A stretch of 64,000 nt of DNA from Octopus vulgaris (GCA_951406725.2 OX597831.1:45384001-45448000), one strand, 5' to 3'; positions 1-13,655 are shown, counted from the stretch's first letter. Notes: generated from the letters alone by a model not told the origin. Numbers and translations are program-made.

Positions 1-624
1 CAGATAGACAGTGGAATCCCTCTTCTGAACCACTTCCTATTGACACCATCCTTTGTTTTTACCATTAACTACTACCACCCTTGTTCATATCCAATTCCCA
101 CCCTATCCTACCTTTATCTTCCTGTCACTCATCCCTCCTCCTCCATCTCTCTTATCTACTACTTTTATACTGCCAGTCAACACTCCCTCTTCTCTGAGAT
201 ACACCTAATTCCCTCCCCCCCCCCCGTTATACCTACCATCATCTCCACATTCATATTTACCATCCTACCATCCCTGTTTACCATTTACTACATTCATCCC
301 CTATACACATCTCACTACTCCCACTCCATATTTTTATCTATCTCTTACTCTCCTCCCACACTCTTGCACTTTACCAACCCTCCCTGATTCTTCTGTATGC
401 CATGCCTTCTTCTATCCACCTTCTTAGGCATATTACCATGAGACTACTTTACTTCATTGCCACTGTATTTACCTCTCTTTGAGTACCACTCCAGCCATCT
501 TCTCTGACCATGACAGTAGGGATCTTAAAAGCTTTGCCTTACGGAGAACTGGCCTCTGGCAACAAACCACTCACATCTTACTTATATTCAATAGGTAAAT
601 ATAATGGATCTCCAATTTGGTTTT

Positions 625-1072
625 TGCGCCTATCTTCATATATGGTCATGAAATGTTGGGCAATGACCAAAATGCATCATCACAAATACAAGCAGCTGAA
701 ACAGGGTTCTATCGAATGATTTCTAGGGTAACACTACTTGGCAGGATTGTGTAATTCAGAGATTGAAAAGTCCTTCTAGTTTGAGCTGCTACTTCTTCAC
801 ATTGAGAGGTCACAGCTCCGGTATTACAAACACGTGATTAGAATGTTACAGGAAAGGATTGCAAGACAGATTCTTCGAGCAAACCAACTGGCAGGAGACC
901 TAAAGACAGACTGAGAATGAAACAGCTGGATAATATTCAGTTGGTCATACTTGAAAATCCAACTGGAAAGTCTAACGATGGTTGCTTCTGTGAAGGAGGT
1001 GCCCAAGGGCTCTACTCCAACGACACACCCAGGAATAGTGGGGGAAGAAGATGGATGGATAGCTCCATCTAA
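625..1072 (+). mobile_element. RTE-clade LINE 3' fragment (Expander/Rex3-like), degraded
   Basis: Across frameshifts reads YGHE.WAMT..QAAETGFYRMISRVTL..LLLHIERSQLRYYKHVIRM..TGRRP; ends gaagaagatggatggatag. Confidence 0.75.
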
Positions 1073-1139
1073 AGATACTTTGTGAAGAAGAATATCGATT
1101 ATATAACAGACAATACAAATCAACACAGTTTAATACAGC

Positions 1140-1457
1140 GGCTGTTGTTTCAATCATTTGACTGCAATTATGCTGGGGTACTACATTGAAGAGTTTCAGT
1201 CAATTAAATTGTACCAGGTACATGTATTTTTAAAGTCTGGTATTTCTTTTAACCTTTTTTTTTGGCTGAACAGCTAAGCTACAGGACACAAACACATAAA
1301 TGCACACACACACACGATGTGACTCCACAGTTTCTGTCTACAAATTCCACTCACAAGGCATTGGTCAGCCCAAAGCTATAGTCGAAGATACTTGCTGAAG
1401 GTGCCATAAAATGAAATCAAATCTAAAACCATGTGGAACTTCTTCACCATGCAGCCA
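1140..1457 (-). mobile_element. tRNA-type SINE family B, diverged copy
   Basis: Reverse complement of the 14097-14490 type (tccactcacaaggc, cagccac, gtttcaatcatttgactgc). Confidence 0.7.
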
Positions 1458-1844
1458 CTGTTTGGTCAGATAGTTTGTCCTTAGGGATGCTTTTGATAAC
1501 AACTTGATACAATTCATACTGATGATCTGACCATGTAGGCAATAAAATTATCAAACATCACTTAGATTGTATATGTTCTGTAAGCTTTTTAAAAGAAGCT
1601 CTCACACTATTAAAATTATGAATAAATGATGTAGGCTTTTGAGAGAAGAATATATATATATATATATATATATCATGACAGATCACGAGCCACTACACAT
1701 TCTTTATTTTCTCTCCTTGTTTCTTTGTGTAATACAGTGTAGGCTAGAAACATTAAAGACTTTTTCACTTCCCAAGCATTATACTAATACATCTGTTTGT
1801 TGTCTACACCACCTGTCTTCGTCTTTTGTTTTTTTGTGAATTCT

Positions 1845-1879
<35 letters not shown>

Positions 1880-2871
1880 TATAGCTATATATAAACTAAG
1901 ACTTGTTAAATTTGATTACCCTGCAAAAAAAAAAAAGTTTTAATGGATAGCTTCAATCACTATTCTAAATTTAGAAATATTCTTTCTGTTTATCAAGCAA
2001 AAATCAATATTAATTTAATGCATTAACTAAATTTCATATATTTTGATCTACAAAAAAAAAAAAAAAGCTACTCTTTCTTTTATTTCTTTTTATTTGCACA
2101 GCTTTTAAAATATATTTCACATATTATTTAATTTTTGCTCAAAGCTCACATCAAAGATAGTGAGTAGTATCAGTAATTTTAATCTAATACTAATTGAGGT
2201 AGTCACCAATTTCTCTTCACAATCAATATGGAGAGATATATACAAATTGTTACATGTAAAACCTACATAACAAAGGCACTATATTCATGTAATTAGTCAT
2301 GTTATATTAAACAGTCATAGTCACAGTACTTGTAGAGTTACGCAGCTCCAGTAGATGTTGAAATAGTTACTTTAACAAATGTTCCATGTGTGTTAAAAGT
2401 AAAACAAATTAGATTATTAAGAAAAGAAAGAAAAAATTGTAAAGTTGATTTAATTAAAACTTTAGGATTTTAATATGACATAAACAGGTTGTGTTGTATT
2501 TGTATATCTTTCCATAAAGTGAACAAACTAGAGAATAGTGGCTTGACAGCTAAACTAAAGAATTAACAGCTACTTGTGACAGGCAAACTTCAAAAGGTAC
2601 CAGTTCTTCAAGCAATCATCCTACCACATCACAATGCAAAAATTTATAGAATAAGTTAAAATTTACTTCGCATCCATTTTTCTACATCTGGAATACTTAA
2701 AACTGTAAAATGATACCAAATAGTTATTCATATTTTTTCAAAGTTCAATATTACTCCCTATTCTATCATACTGCAGAAAGGAGGCTGTTTTCACAACCAG
2801 GTTGGATGAAACTAAAAGATCTGGTCGATGTGAATTTTAAAGGTAAGTTAGTAAATAAAGATATATTACAG

Positions 2872-3209
2872 AAGAAGTCCCCCTTCGGTCATGAATGGCC
2901 ATGGGATTGCACCTAGAAAGTTACCCTCCAAAGCACAAGTCCGGGCAAGGTTGTTTATGGAAGATCAGCAGTCACCCATGCATACCAGCCTTCTCTTCTC
3001 CACACCACCTATGTTATGCAAGGGAAAGGCAATAGCTGATACAACTTGGCACCAGTGACATCACAATTCATTTCTACAGCTGAGTGAACTGGAGCAACAT
3101 GAAATAAAGCATCTTGCTTGAGAACACAACACACTGCCCGGTCTGAAAATTGGACTCGCTACCTCATGATTGTGAGCCTAACTCTCTAACCACTGAACCA
3201 TGCCCCTTC
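2872..3209 (-). mobile_element. tRNA-type SINE family A
   Basis: Highly similar to 4125-4442 and to the reverse complement of 34987-35308. Confidence 0.8.
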
Positions 3210-4124
3210 ACACACACACACACACACACACATATATGTATGATAGTTGAATGTCATTTAAGGAGAATATAAATGCTATTGCAATATAAGAAACAAAAAA
3301 AAACTTGTAATATTGATGAGACATAACTTAAATTCATGTTTAAGGCATCAGGAGAAACAGAAATTGATGTTGGTTTGACAGCCTGCTGAAGGATTCTGTT
3401 GATTGGTCGCAAAGTGAGCACAAAAACATATGGCAACAGTTGCTAATACATTTCAGTTCTGGAGTAAGTCTGTCACTACCAGCTCCACAAGAATTTAATA
3501 CTGAACGTAATAAAGATATCAGTGATAATCAATAGAAAAGTGATAAAAAGGCATCCCCTATATAACAGTGTAATGCATGTGAAGTAATTGCAAATATAGG
3601 CGCAGAAGTAAATACGTAAACAGCTGTAAATATGGATGCAGAAGTTAGTGTCACTGATTTCAGCAAAACACATCAAAGCTATTTAATTGTTTAACATTTT
3701 CAGACTATAAAATATCAGCAAGTGTTGCATATGAAACTATATTTTAAAAAGATTAACTGGACTCTACAAGTATTTTAAATGTCAGAAAAAAGGTTCCGTT
3801 ATTTTTCACAATTCAAAGAAACAACCTTCAATGCATTGATACTTAAACTATTACTCAGACTTTGAAAAAAAAAAAGAAAAGAAAGAAAGAAAAAAGGATA
3901 ATGATGCCTTATCAGCTTTTTAATAAGTGTGAGTCTGGATTCTGGAATTACTGAAACATCAGATCATTCTAAATATAATTATCTGATTTAATACATTGTA
4001 AAAGATATTTTCAAAAATTATATAATTATATGAAATATGTGAAAAATCATGCATCAAAAGTAATGAAATATAACTATAACATTCTCAATACAGAATTCTG
4101 ATTGAACAGAGTAAAGGGCAAGAG

Positions 4125-4442
4125 TAAAGATTCCCTTTGGTCATGAATGACTGGGATGCATCTACACAGTTACCCTCCAAGGCACAAGTCTGGGCAAGAT
4201 TGTTTATGGAAGACCAGCAGTCACCCATGCATACCAGCCTCCTCTCGCCACGCCACCTACGTTATACAAGGGAAAGGCTAAGGCTGATACAACTTAGCAC
4301 CAGTGACATCGCAACTCATTTCTACAGCTGAGTGAACTGGAGCAACGTGAAATAAAGTGTCTTCTTGATCAAGAACACAACACACAGCCTGGTCCAGGAA
4401 TCAAACTTACTACCTCATGATTGCAAACCTGACGCTCTGACC
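4125..4442 (-). mobile_element. SINE family A copy interrupted by the hAT transposon (resumes 7059-7075)
   Basis: Colinear with 2872-3209 up to ctctgacc; continuation actgagcta follows the transposon. Confidence 0.8.
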
Positions 4443-7058
4443 CAGTGGTTTCCAAACCGTGTGCAGCAAGATGTAATTAGATGCGCCTCGAAAAAGAGTA
4501 AGATTATATTTCAAAATATGAAAAATACAAACCGAAATTCATTTGAAAGTTCATATATAAATGTCAAAGTGGCAAAAAACTAAATACTAAGTTTTAAACA
4601 AAGAATGAGAGGAGGTTATGTCATTCAATTCATTTAGGCTAATTATGGCATGACAGTGTTATACAATTTTGAATCTGAAATTTCATTAGGATAAGAACTA
4701 AATTAGCATCAAGCTATCCTAGAAATTGACATCTTATGGACATATTCACTTCACGACTATGTTTTAGTCATAGCCTCAGCAATTTTCATTTCAATAATAA
4801 ATGTGAAAAATAAATTATTGAACTAAAATATACAATGTTGAACTAAATCTTTTAATATGTCCTCATGTATTGCGGCTGTATTTCAATATTTTCATTCATT
4901 TCATATAGTAGCAAGAATTTTCTTCTTTTCAATTCATTTTGAAAAATTTCTCAAAAGAGTCCAATAACATGTGACACACTGCCATTTTTCACAGCTCACT
5001 TGTCTTAATCTGTTTTACTGTATTTGTGCTCTTTGTGTGATACAATTCATATTAACAGACTAAATTACCCAAAAAACGGAACAGTTTATGAAGAGGAAAC
5101 ATAACCGTGATGATTATGAATTTGAAAGTGAACATTCATCAAAAGCAACTAAGTGTAGTGATAATAATGTGAAAGCTCAACCCAATCGTAAATATTGCAA
5201 TAGCTATTTAAAGTTTGGGTTTCATTGGACTGGCAACGAGGATTGTGTGCTTCCATTGTGTGCTGTTTGTGGTGAAAAGATGTCTAATGAAGGCATGTTG
5301 TTCAGAAAGTTGAAAAGACATTTTACAACAACACACTCACATTTTCAATGTAAAGATCTGAATTATTTCCAAAGACTGTGAGAACAGCAATCTAAATAAA
5401 GAAACTATTTTGAAAAAAGGACGAATGCTTCTGAAACGGTTCAAGTTGTGTCTATTGAGATAGCCGAAATGATTGCACTAGAAATGAAATTGCATGCTTT
5501 AGCCAAGTCGATTATCTTACCCGCTTGAAAGATGGATAAAACCATGTTAGGTGATGAAGCCAAGCAAGAAATAAGCAAGATTCCACTCTTAAATAATACA
5601 ATCCATAGGAAAATTATGGATTTATCTGCTGATATAGAGGAAAATGTACAGAACAAACTTCAGAACTCAGAATTTGCTCTACAGGTTGACAAATCAAAGG
5701 ACATTAACAACAAAGCACAATTACTTATATTTATTCTCTTTATTGAAGGTAACCGAATCATAAGTCAGTTCCTTTGTTGTGAAGAAATGCCACTCACTAC
5801 AAGAGGTCAAGATACTTTTAACATTTCATCTGCCTACCTTGCAAAATGGAATTTATCCTGGAATTCATATGTCGGAATATGTACCAATGGGGCACCATCT
5901 ATGATAGGCTCTATTAAAGGTTTTGTATCGCTCATACAACAGCAAAATCCTAATGTTATACGCACTCATTACTTCCTACATAGGGAGGTACTAGTTTCAA
6001 AAACAATACCAGTTGAGTTCAAGCAAGTATTAAACCAAGTTGTTGAAATGGTTAATTATATTAGAAGTAGACCATTGAAGTGTTGCTTACTTGAACAAAT
6101 TTGTGTTGATATGGATTCTAACACAAGCGCTTACTTTTAAACACAAAAACCAGATGGCTCTCAAAAGGTAAGGTGCTACATCACATACATGAACTTCAGA
6201 AAGAATTGCATGCATTTTTTAAAGAAGAAAACATGAATTTTGGGTTTCCAAGCTGGAATATTTAACAGATATTTGCACAACTTAATACCATCAACACAAG
6301 TATGCAAGGTAGAAATGAAAACATTGTCACTACAACAGATAAGCTGGTTCCATTTAAAAAGAAAGTTGTAATTTTAAAAAATAGAGCTGAAGGTGGTAAA
6401 TTCGAAACATTTCCCTTAACACATAAATTTGCATGAAAGAAATGACTCCTATTGTATTTGAACATTTGACAAATCTGGAAGAAAAAATAAAGTTCAAAAT
6501 CCCTTCATAAAAATTCCATTTAATATTGGTCTGAAAAAATGTGAAGAAGAGGAATTGGCATCATCTATATCTAGTGATCGCTGACTTAAAATCAAGTATG
6601 CTGAATTACCTATGGATACATTTTGGATTGCTATGATATAAGAATGCCCCGCAGTAGCAAAAGTAGCTTTACTCGTTTTGATGCAGTTTTCCACATTGTA
6701 TTTATGTGAGTTGGAATTGTCAACCCTCAATAACATCATATCCCCAAAAAGAGAGGCTCCATTGCATCAAAGAAGAAATGAGGGTTTGTCTTTCTCAAAT
6801 ATTTCCCAATATTGAAAACCTTTCCAAAAAACATCAAGTATGTGTTTCTCGTTGATAACTTTACTTCATACATTGAATAAAGAGTAAGTACATGCAATTT
6901 TTAATTATCTATATATTACTTTATAGTTTATGCTATGCTAGTATGATGTATAAAACCCCTTTTGAATAAATTTTAGAATCTATGTAGAAAAAGTGTCAAG
7001 ATATTTCAACTTCTTGTAAGGTGTGCCACGAATAAAAAAAAAAGTTTGGGAACCACTG
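4443..7058 (+). mobile_element. Full-length Buster/Charlie-type hAT DNA transposon, 2616 bp, inactive
   Basis: TIRs cagtggtttccaaac / gtttgggaaccactg; 8-bp TSD ctctgacc / ctctaaac; internal transposase relic. Confidence 0.92.
5088..6855 (+). pseudogene. hAT transposase pseudogene (ZBED5/ZBED8/SCAND3-like)
   Basis: BED-type finger RKYCNSYLKFGF..CAVC..KLKRHFTTTH; FALQVDKSKD, GICTNGAPSM, THYFLHRE and RWLSKGKVL motifs; multiple stops and frameshifts. Confidence 0.9.
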
Positions 7059-7559
7059 CTCTAAACACTGAGCTAAGTTTTTTTTTTTTCTGTAATCCCT
7101 CATTCTCCTCACAACAGCAAAGCCATATTAGTCTTTTGTGAAGCACCATCTCCAAAGCTAGTCAGAAGATTGTCCTATATCAAGACATATAACCGAAATC
7201 CTGTTAGTTGCACCAAGTCAATAGCAAAAGTAACTATATTACTTTGTAAACACCATCTACTTTGGTTGGATCGCAGGCCACCAGCTTATGACATTTTTGT
7301 ACATATTTCAACAAAATATTTTCACAACAATATGCTTTTTTTTGTATGTTTTCCAATGCATCTTTTAGATACTCGTTTTCCAACTCACTTCTTTCTCAAA
7401 CAAAAATCTTTAAAAAGGCTTTATAACTTATCATTTAAATCCTACCAGATAATATCCAATGATAATGTTTAAAACTAATTGTGAATGTCAACATTCAGAG
7501 CTCCGAAACTATGAAAGTGATATATTAGTAATTAAGACAAACGGTAATTATATACTTAC

Positions 7560-7624
7560 TGAACCACTTTTCCTTCGTTTTTGTGAATTAGGATTGGGAG
7601 GTGTGTATTTTCCTGCTCTTGCAC
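7560..7624 (-). CDS. TCF12/TCF4 (da): E-protein coding exon with basic NLS-like motif, (G)ARAGKYTPPNPNSQKRRKSGS; 65 nt, phase 1->0
   Basis: Acceptor attttttcag|, donor TCA|gtaagt. QKRRK sits where the TCF4 KKVRK NLS half lies. Confidence 0.88.
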
Positions 7625-7830
7625 CTGAAAAAATTATAATGGGATAATAAGACTAAAAAGAAAAAAGAACATGATCCATCATATATTTTACAATTGAAGT
7701 TTGGACTCCAGAAGTCTTTGTAATTAGCAGAGTTCCAAACTTAATTTGGAACCAACAAAATAATAAACAATGTCAGTGAAGTGGAACTGAATGGACATAT
7801 TGTATCAAAATTATTATCATCATCATCATG

Positions 7831-8008
7831 TCATCATTCAATGTCCGTTTTCCATGCTGGCAAGGGTCAGACAGTTTGACAAGATTCAGCAAGCCACAGG
7901 GTCACATTGAGCTCCAATGTCAGCTTAATGCAGCCCTGGGGCTTGCTGAATCCTGTCAAACTGTCCAACATTTGCCCAGCAAGGAAAATCAATGTTAAAT
8001 GATGATGA
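7831..8008. repeat. Inverted duplication (~80-bp arms) of an RTE-type 3' tail
   Basis: gacagtttgacaagattcagcaagccacaggg pairs with ccctggggcttgctgaatcctgtcaaactgtc; CAT/GAT repeats at both outer ends. Confidence 0.85.
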
Positions 8009-9225
8009 TTTGGATTTTATATCTGTATTATTGGGTTTGTTTGTTTGTTTTCACAGAATACTATATAACTGGTAGTTGATATTATATCTATATATTAAAA
8101 TACTGAACCACAACCAAGAAATGATCCAGTAGATCTTTATTCTATTACTGATCATTTTCCTCAGCTACAAAAGAGGTGGGTAGAGGATAAATCTAATGCT
8201 CAAATAAGACAGTCAGGTCATGTTCAAAACAGATATTATTGACAAAGCAGATAATGTATATTATTAGGCGAGCAAATGTGTTGTTAAGAATACATGTTAT
8301 AGGCTAATTCTCAAAATTACTCAACATTTAAAATTGGTAGTAATTATATACATCATGTAAAACCTCAAGACACTATTACATCAGTCAATGTAGTGACTCC
8401 TTATTCAATTCAAATGCATTATACTATGAAAATGGATTTACCTAAAACAGGAAGAATAAATAACCCATGCCATTTTACCAATTGGCAGTGATTTATAAAA
8501 ACACTGCAGTCACAGCAGTTTTCATAACACCAAGATTGAATTGACATATCTTTACTTTCCTCAGCTATGTGTCAGCCCATCATCAACATCGATATGTTTC
8601 TAATTGCAATTAACACAGTGTTTCTACCAATTCTAAAAAAAAAAACACCTGAGAGAGATGCACAAACAACATTCTGATGTGATGTAGAACTAGTTCAGAT
8701 GAAGCAATGGACTGTGAAATGGTCAAGAATGTTGATGCCTTTTGATACCTGAGCAACTAGAGTGGATGGTCAGTTATCATAATGCTGCTTGGACTTCCTG
8801 AACAACAGTTCTGAAAAACTTCATACTGTTCTGACCAATTGCAATTTGGACATTTGCATTTTTAGATCATCAGTGTTTACACGTGTTCTGTGCTGCTATG
8901 ATAATGAAACCTGGTTTGTGGAATGCTGATGATTCAAACCACCTCTCTCAGAAAGGCAAAACCACGATGAGATGAATCTTACACCAGAACATACAGCCAA
9001 AGTTAAGAAATTACTTTGGTCTCTTTATAATACAAACAGATTGTCAGATAAAGAGACTATGTTGTCCCAAATTTCTAATTACATGTATTTCTTTTATAAA
9101 TGATGTGAAATCCTCTTCCTCAGAAGCAGGTTCAATCTACATTGGATGTAAGAATCCAAGAGTAATGAAAACCCCATCTGAGGACTTTAAACATTCATAA
9201 TCAAATATAACAGTTAAAGACTTAC

Positions 9226-9340
9226 CACGTAAAGGTTCTTCTAATGTTCTTTTACTGTTAAAACCATAGTATGGAGAACCTGGTTTGGCTACTGGAGACA
9301 ATGAATCTGGAGACATGGGCATACTATTACCCAACAAGCC
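9226..9340 (-). CDS. TCF12/TCF4 (da): E-protein coding exon, GLLGNSMPMSPDSLSPVAKPGSPYYGFNSKRTLEEPLR(G); 115 nt, phase 0->1
   Basis: Acceptor tttatctcttgatccag|, donor CGTG|gtaagt. Strong match to TCF4 [25 protein letters not shown]. Confidence 0.93.
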
Positions 9341-9615
9341 CTGGATCAAGAGATAAAAATAAAACATTTTAAAATAAGAACTTAATGAAACAGCTCTCAT
9401 CACATTCTGAGATAAGTTCCAAATTTCAAGAAACAGATAACATACATTACTGGGTGAGTAAGTGTTACTTAGAATAGAGGTTACTGGTTAACTCTGAAAA
9501 TTGCAAGGGAACCATGTCAGTAACCAGGTCATGGTTGGGGCAACAAAAAATTTTGACACCAAATAACAAATGCAGAAGTGCAGTCAACAGTTTCTGAAGT
9601 GCTAATTGTGTTTTC

Positions 9616-9647
<32 letters not shown>

Positions 9648-9648
9648 G

Positions 9649-9685
<37 letters not shown>

Positions 9686-9687
9686 AA

Positions 9688-9880
9688 GGCAGTGAGATGG
9701 CAGAAGCGTTATCACACCGGGCGAAATGCTTAGTGCTATTTTGTCTGCCGTTACGTTCTGAGTTCAAATTCCACCGAGGTTGACTTTGCTTTTCCCCCTT
9801 TCGGAGTCAATTAAATAAATACCAGTCACACAGCGGGGTCGATGTAATCGACTTAATCTCTTGTTTGTCCCCTCTATGTT
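9688..9880 (+). mobile_element. SINE family C
   Basis: tggcagaa..gttctgagttcaaattcc..gactttgc motif, also at 15556-15709(-), 40727-41390 and 54490-54703(-). Confidence 0.75.
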
Positions 9881-9965
9881 TTGGAGAAATGATTGGAAAG
9901 GAAAAAATATATTGGCAGAATGCTAAACTTTCAGTTTAGCATTCAGCCTTAATATTTTTTCCTTT

Positions 9966-9967
9966 CC

Positions 9968-10033
<66 letters not shown>

Positions 10034-10108
10034 TATACATATATACATACATACACATTTATATAAATACATATATATATATATATATTTATATACATAT
10101 ATACACAT

Positions 10109-10145
<37 letters not shown>

Positions 10146-10152
10146 TATGCAC

Positions 10153-10219
<67 letters not shown>

Positions 10220-10349
10220 GAATTTGAGGAAGTAATATCCACATAAGGGATTGTTAAAAACAATCCTGATGCCAACTAGGTTTAACCATATATATTGATA
10301 GGTAGATCATCTATATATATATATGTATAAACAATCTATACATACATAT

Positions 10350-10400
<51 letters not shown>
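9966..10400. repeat. Compound (TA)n/(CA)n/(TACA)n microsatellite block
   Basis: Directly visible; many similar tracts elsewhere (e.g. 1849, 14700, 17815, 24520, 29583, 35309, 48470). Confidence 0.95.
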
Positions 10401-10402
<2 letters not shown>

Positions 10403-12341
10403 TGCTTATAGATGTCAAAAGGCTCAGATGTTCAATATTACATTTAGTGGCTAAATAATTTCTCCAATAAGTTCTAGAAAGAACATCAACTACTACTTAG
10501 TTATAAAAACAATGTTTTCAACATGACTAAATTCAGCAGCAGGTGTGAGCTTTCAATTACTGGTTCTTAACTACATCTTAACATTGGTCAGAAACAAATG
10601 ATTTAAAGAGTTTCTGGAGGCCATAGGTTAGCACCCATGAGATAGATAAAGTGAATAGTCATAAAATTAAGAATAAAATATGTTTTAAGTGTTATTCCTT
10701 TTATTTAGTATACTAGTCAAAATTACTCCAAAGATTTCCCAAAGTATCATGATGGCTATAATTACAAGACTAATTACTATGATATTATCTGAAAAACTAT
10801 ATTTTGTTTTAATAATGTTAGCTTCATGCACACATTCGTTGCAAAGAAAACAAAATGATAAAAGTCAATAACTAAAAGATTGGAAATATTTTGGGTGGCG
10901 TTTCTGGATACTTGCTTAAAAATAATTTTGTTTTTGTATTGGGTTCCTATCTGTTTAGCATTTAAGCCAAGCATATCTGTCTTCTCACATGTACCATATA
11001 GAGTTATTCTAAAACTAAACAATCACATCATCAAAATCCTGAAGCTACATGATAAATAGTTAATTCAAAACTGTAAATAAATAAGCTTTACATTTGATGG
11101 AGAAGTCTGAATATTAAAGAGTTAAAAAAAATATTCTAAAATTCGGCATAATGTAAAAAAAAAAATAACCTTCACTATAAAAGGATCAAGTTTTTAATTA
11201 ACAGAGTTAAAGTGAAACTATAAAAAAAACTGTATTGAATCTTATGACAGATTAGTCATTGTGGAGTTAAATGGTGTTTTATGCCACACCAGGAATTTAT
11301 CCACTAGCATAAGGTGATTGTTACTATATCGTAAGTCTGACAGTTTATAATATAAATTTCTTGCCTGGCAAGTGATCTGATCTGAGACTGTGTTAAAACT
11401 AAAACAATTACAGCATGAAATATATATTAGCCATTCAAAAACATACAAAAACTGTTAATTTCACCTCAACATTATTTTGGTGTCAAAATGGGTTTTTTTG
11501 GGGTTTTTTTTTGAATGGCTAATGTGTCTTCCATGCTGTTATATAAATTTTGGTTCTAAAAGGAAGCTTGTTTTATGATATACTCTCCAATAATTGTCAA
11601 AGACTGTAGCAGGAAAATAAAAGAAAATTGCATTAAATGAATGTGCAGAAATATATAGTCAAGATAAGTGTTTGTTAACTTTATTTACAAGTACTGACTC
11701 ACTTGAATGAACGATTGAACAAACAAACATCAGAATCCGAGGAAATAACAGAGGTCTGAATGTGCAAATATGAACAGAGTAAGTTTGTACATGTTATGTC
11801 AATTCTGATTTTCAGAAGGGCCTTGCTTTGGAAGGAAAATGAAATGCTTTCTGTTAGTGCTGAATAAAGCACTAATGGAAAGGATTTGAGCAAGAAGGTA
11901 GGAGAGAGAAGAGAGCACAAGATAACCAGGCTAGAAACAGATGTTAGTAGAAGGTCAGCAGTCAAGTCTGAGTGAGGCCTGTAGATGAGGACAGAAAGTA
12001 CTGGAAGAGTATTTTTCATCACAGACAAGTGAATTTTGAAAGAGGGACCTTGCAAGTCTACCAGATAGCTGGAACATTGTAGAAAATGAAGGAGGGTTAT
12101 ATTTTAGATTAAAAAAGAACCTTATCTTAATTTTGAAAAATAAAAGAAGTATAAAAAAAACACATTTATAGGATGACCCAATATTCAATTTTGGTTTCTT
12201 GTAAAGTCTTTTCAATTAATAAAATGTGTAGCCTAGATGCTTTTACTTCCAAAAATATGAAACAACTGTTGACCAAAACAACTGTTGACCAACCAAGTTT
12301 AGATGGTTTGGTTTCCGTCTCATTACATATTTAAAAATCTT

Positions 12342-12716
12342 GGCATGGCTGCGTGGTAAGAAGCTTGCTTACCGACCACATGGTCCAACATCAGTCCCAC
12401 TGCATGACACCTCAGGTAAATGTCTTCTACTATAGCCTCAAGCCGACCAAAGTTTTGTGAGTGGATTTCGTAGACAGAAACTGAAAGGGGTCCATTGAAT
12501 GTGTGTGTGTGAGCATGCATGTCTTTGTATCTGTGTTTGTCACCCCCATCACTGTATGACAACTTACATCCCCATAACTTAGCGGTTTGTTAGAGACCAA
12601 TAGAATAAGTACTAGGCTTTAAAAAATTAAGTCCTAGAGTCGATTTGTTTGACTAAAACCCTTTGAGGTGGTACTCCAGCACAGCCACAGTTAAATGACT
12701 GAAACTAGTAAAAGAA
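12342..12716 (+). mobile_element. SINE family B, full length
   Basis: ggcatggctgcgtggtaagaagcttgctt head through aatgactgaaac..aaaaga tail. Confidence 0.85.
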
Positions 12717-13004
12717 GATTATAGATTAGATAGTGTCTAATCATAAAACAAGTGTCCTACATTATGAAAATATTCATATGGAATTTTAGTGTATAGCCAT
12801 TGCCATAAAGATATTTTTAAGTTGTATTTGAGGCTTTTACCAAATAAAAAAAATATATAAAAGAAATACATGTATTTCAAAATTTTTGTTTATAGTTTTT
12901 GTTAACGAGGGCCTATAACCAGATCATTTCAGAATAGTTTGCCAATGTTTTCTACTACAGACCCGGTTGAGTGGATTTGGTAGATTGAAACTGATATATA
13001 TAAA

Positions 13005-13385
13005 TATCATCATCGTTTAACATCCACCTTCCATGCTAGCAGCATGGGTTTGATGGTTTGATCAGAGCTGGCAAGCTGGGGGAGCTGCATCAGGCTCCAG
13101 TCTGATTTGGTATGGTTTCTCTGGCTGGATGCCCTTCCTAACACTTCACAGAGTGTGCTGCGTGCTTTTACGTGGCACAAGCACTTTTACGTCACGCCGC
13201 ATGGGCAATATTATACAGAATTGCCATGAGTGCTTTACACCACGAAAAGGACCAGTCTTAACGCTTCTTCTATGGCATACAGGTCTTCTTGAGTAGAGCA
13301 AGGCACCAGGCATCTCAGTCAATTTGTCATCTCGCCTGAAGGGTTCAGTGTCCTGAGGTCATTCTTCAGTACTTCATCCCAGAAC
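13005..13385 (-). mobile_element. RTE LINE 3' end with tail
   Basis: Minus strand reads WDEVLKNDLRTLN..EMT, followed by the shared ggaagggcatccagcc..catggaa..gatgatg tail. Confidence 0.7.
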
Positions 13386-13524
13386 AACCTCAGGACACTT
13401 CTACATATAAAGAAGAGGTTATAATACAAGCTATGTCCTCATGAAGCACATCTGCATGTTGTAATAATCAAATGTATGTAAAAAGATGTTTTATTTGAAA
13501 TGAGCATACATACTAGTAGAAAAT

Positions 13525-13655
13525 TCTGGAGAATTGTATTTCAAGAGTATGTTTGTATTAAAACTAAGACTTGGAAAATTTGGTATATTTTAATATACCA
13601 AATTTTCCAGTCTTTGTTTTAATACAAACATATTCTTCAAATACAATTCTCCAGA
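13525..13655. repeat. Near-perfect 131-bp palindrome
   Basis: Arms 13525-13589 and 13592-13655 differ by 3 substitutions and 1 indel. Confidence 0.95.

Noticed and set aside
1-7559. Next coding exon (VY.PS-like) or a TCF4-A/HEBalt-type alternative first exon
   Set aside because: No convincing exon found by eye; probably beyond the window edge, though a miss cannot be excluded.
9137-9225. ORF read-through past the 115-nt exon (KSLTVIFDYECL...HPM*) as an alternative last exon
   Set aside because: A strong G|gtaagt donor and an in-phase next exon explain the structure; the extension shows no recognisable homology.
9923-10275. ORFs rich in YI/CV/HT repeats (also 18255-18657, 33649-34239, 48386-48655)
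   Set aside because: Translations of TA/CA microsatellites.
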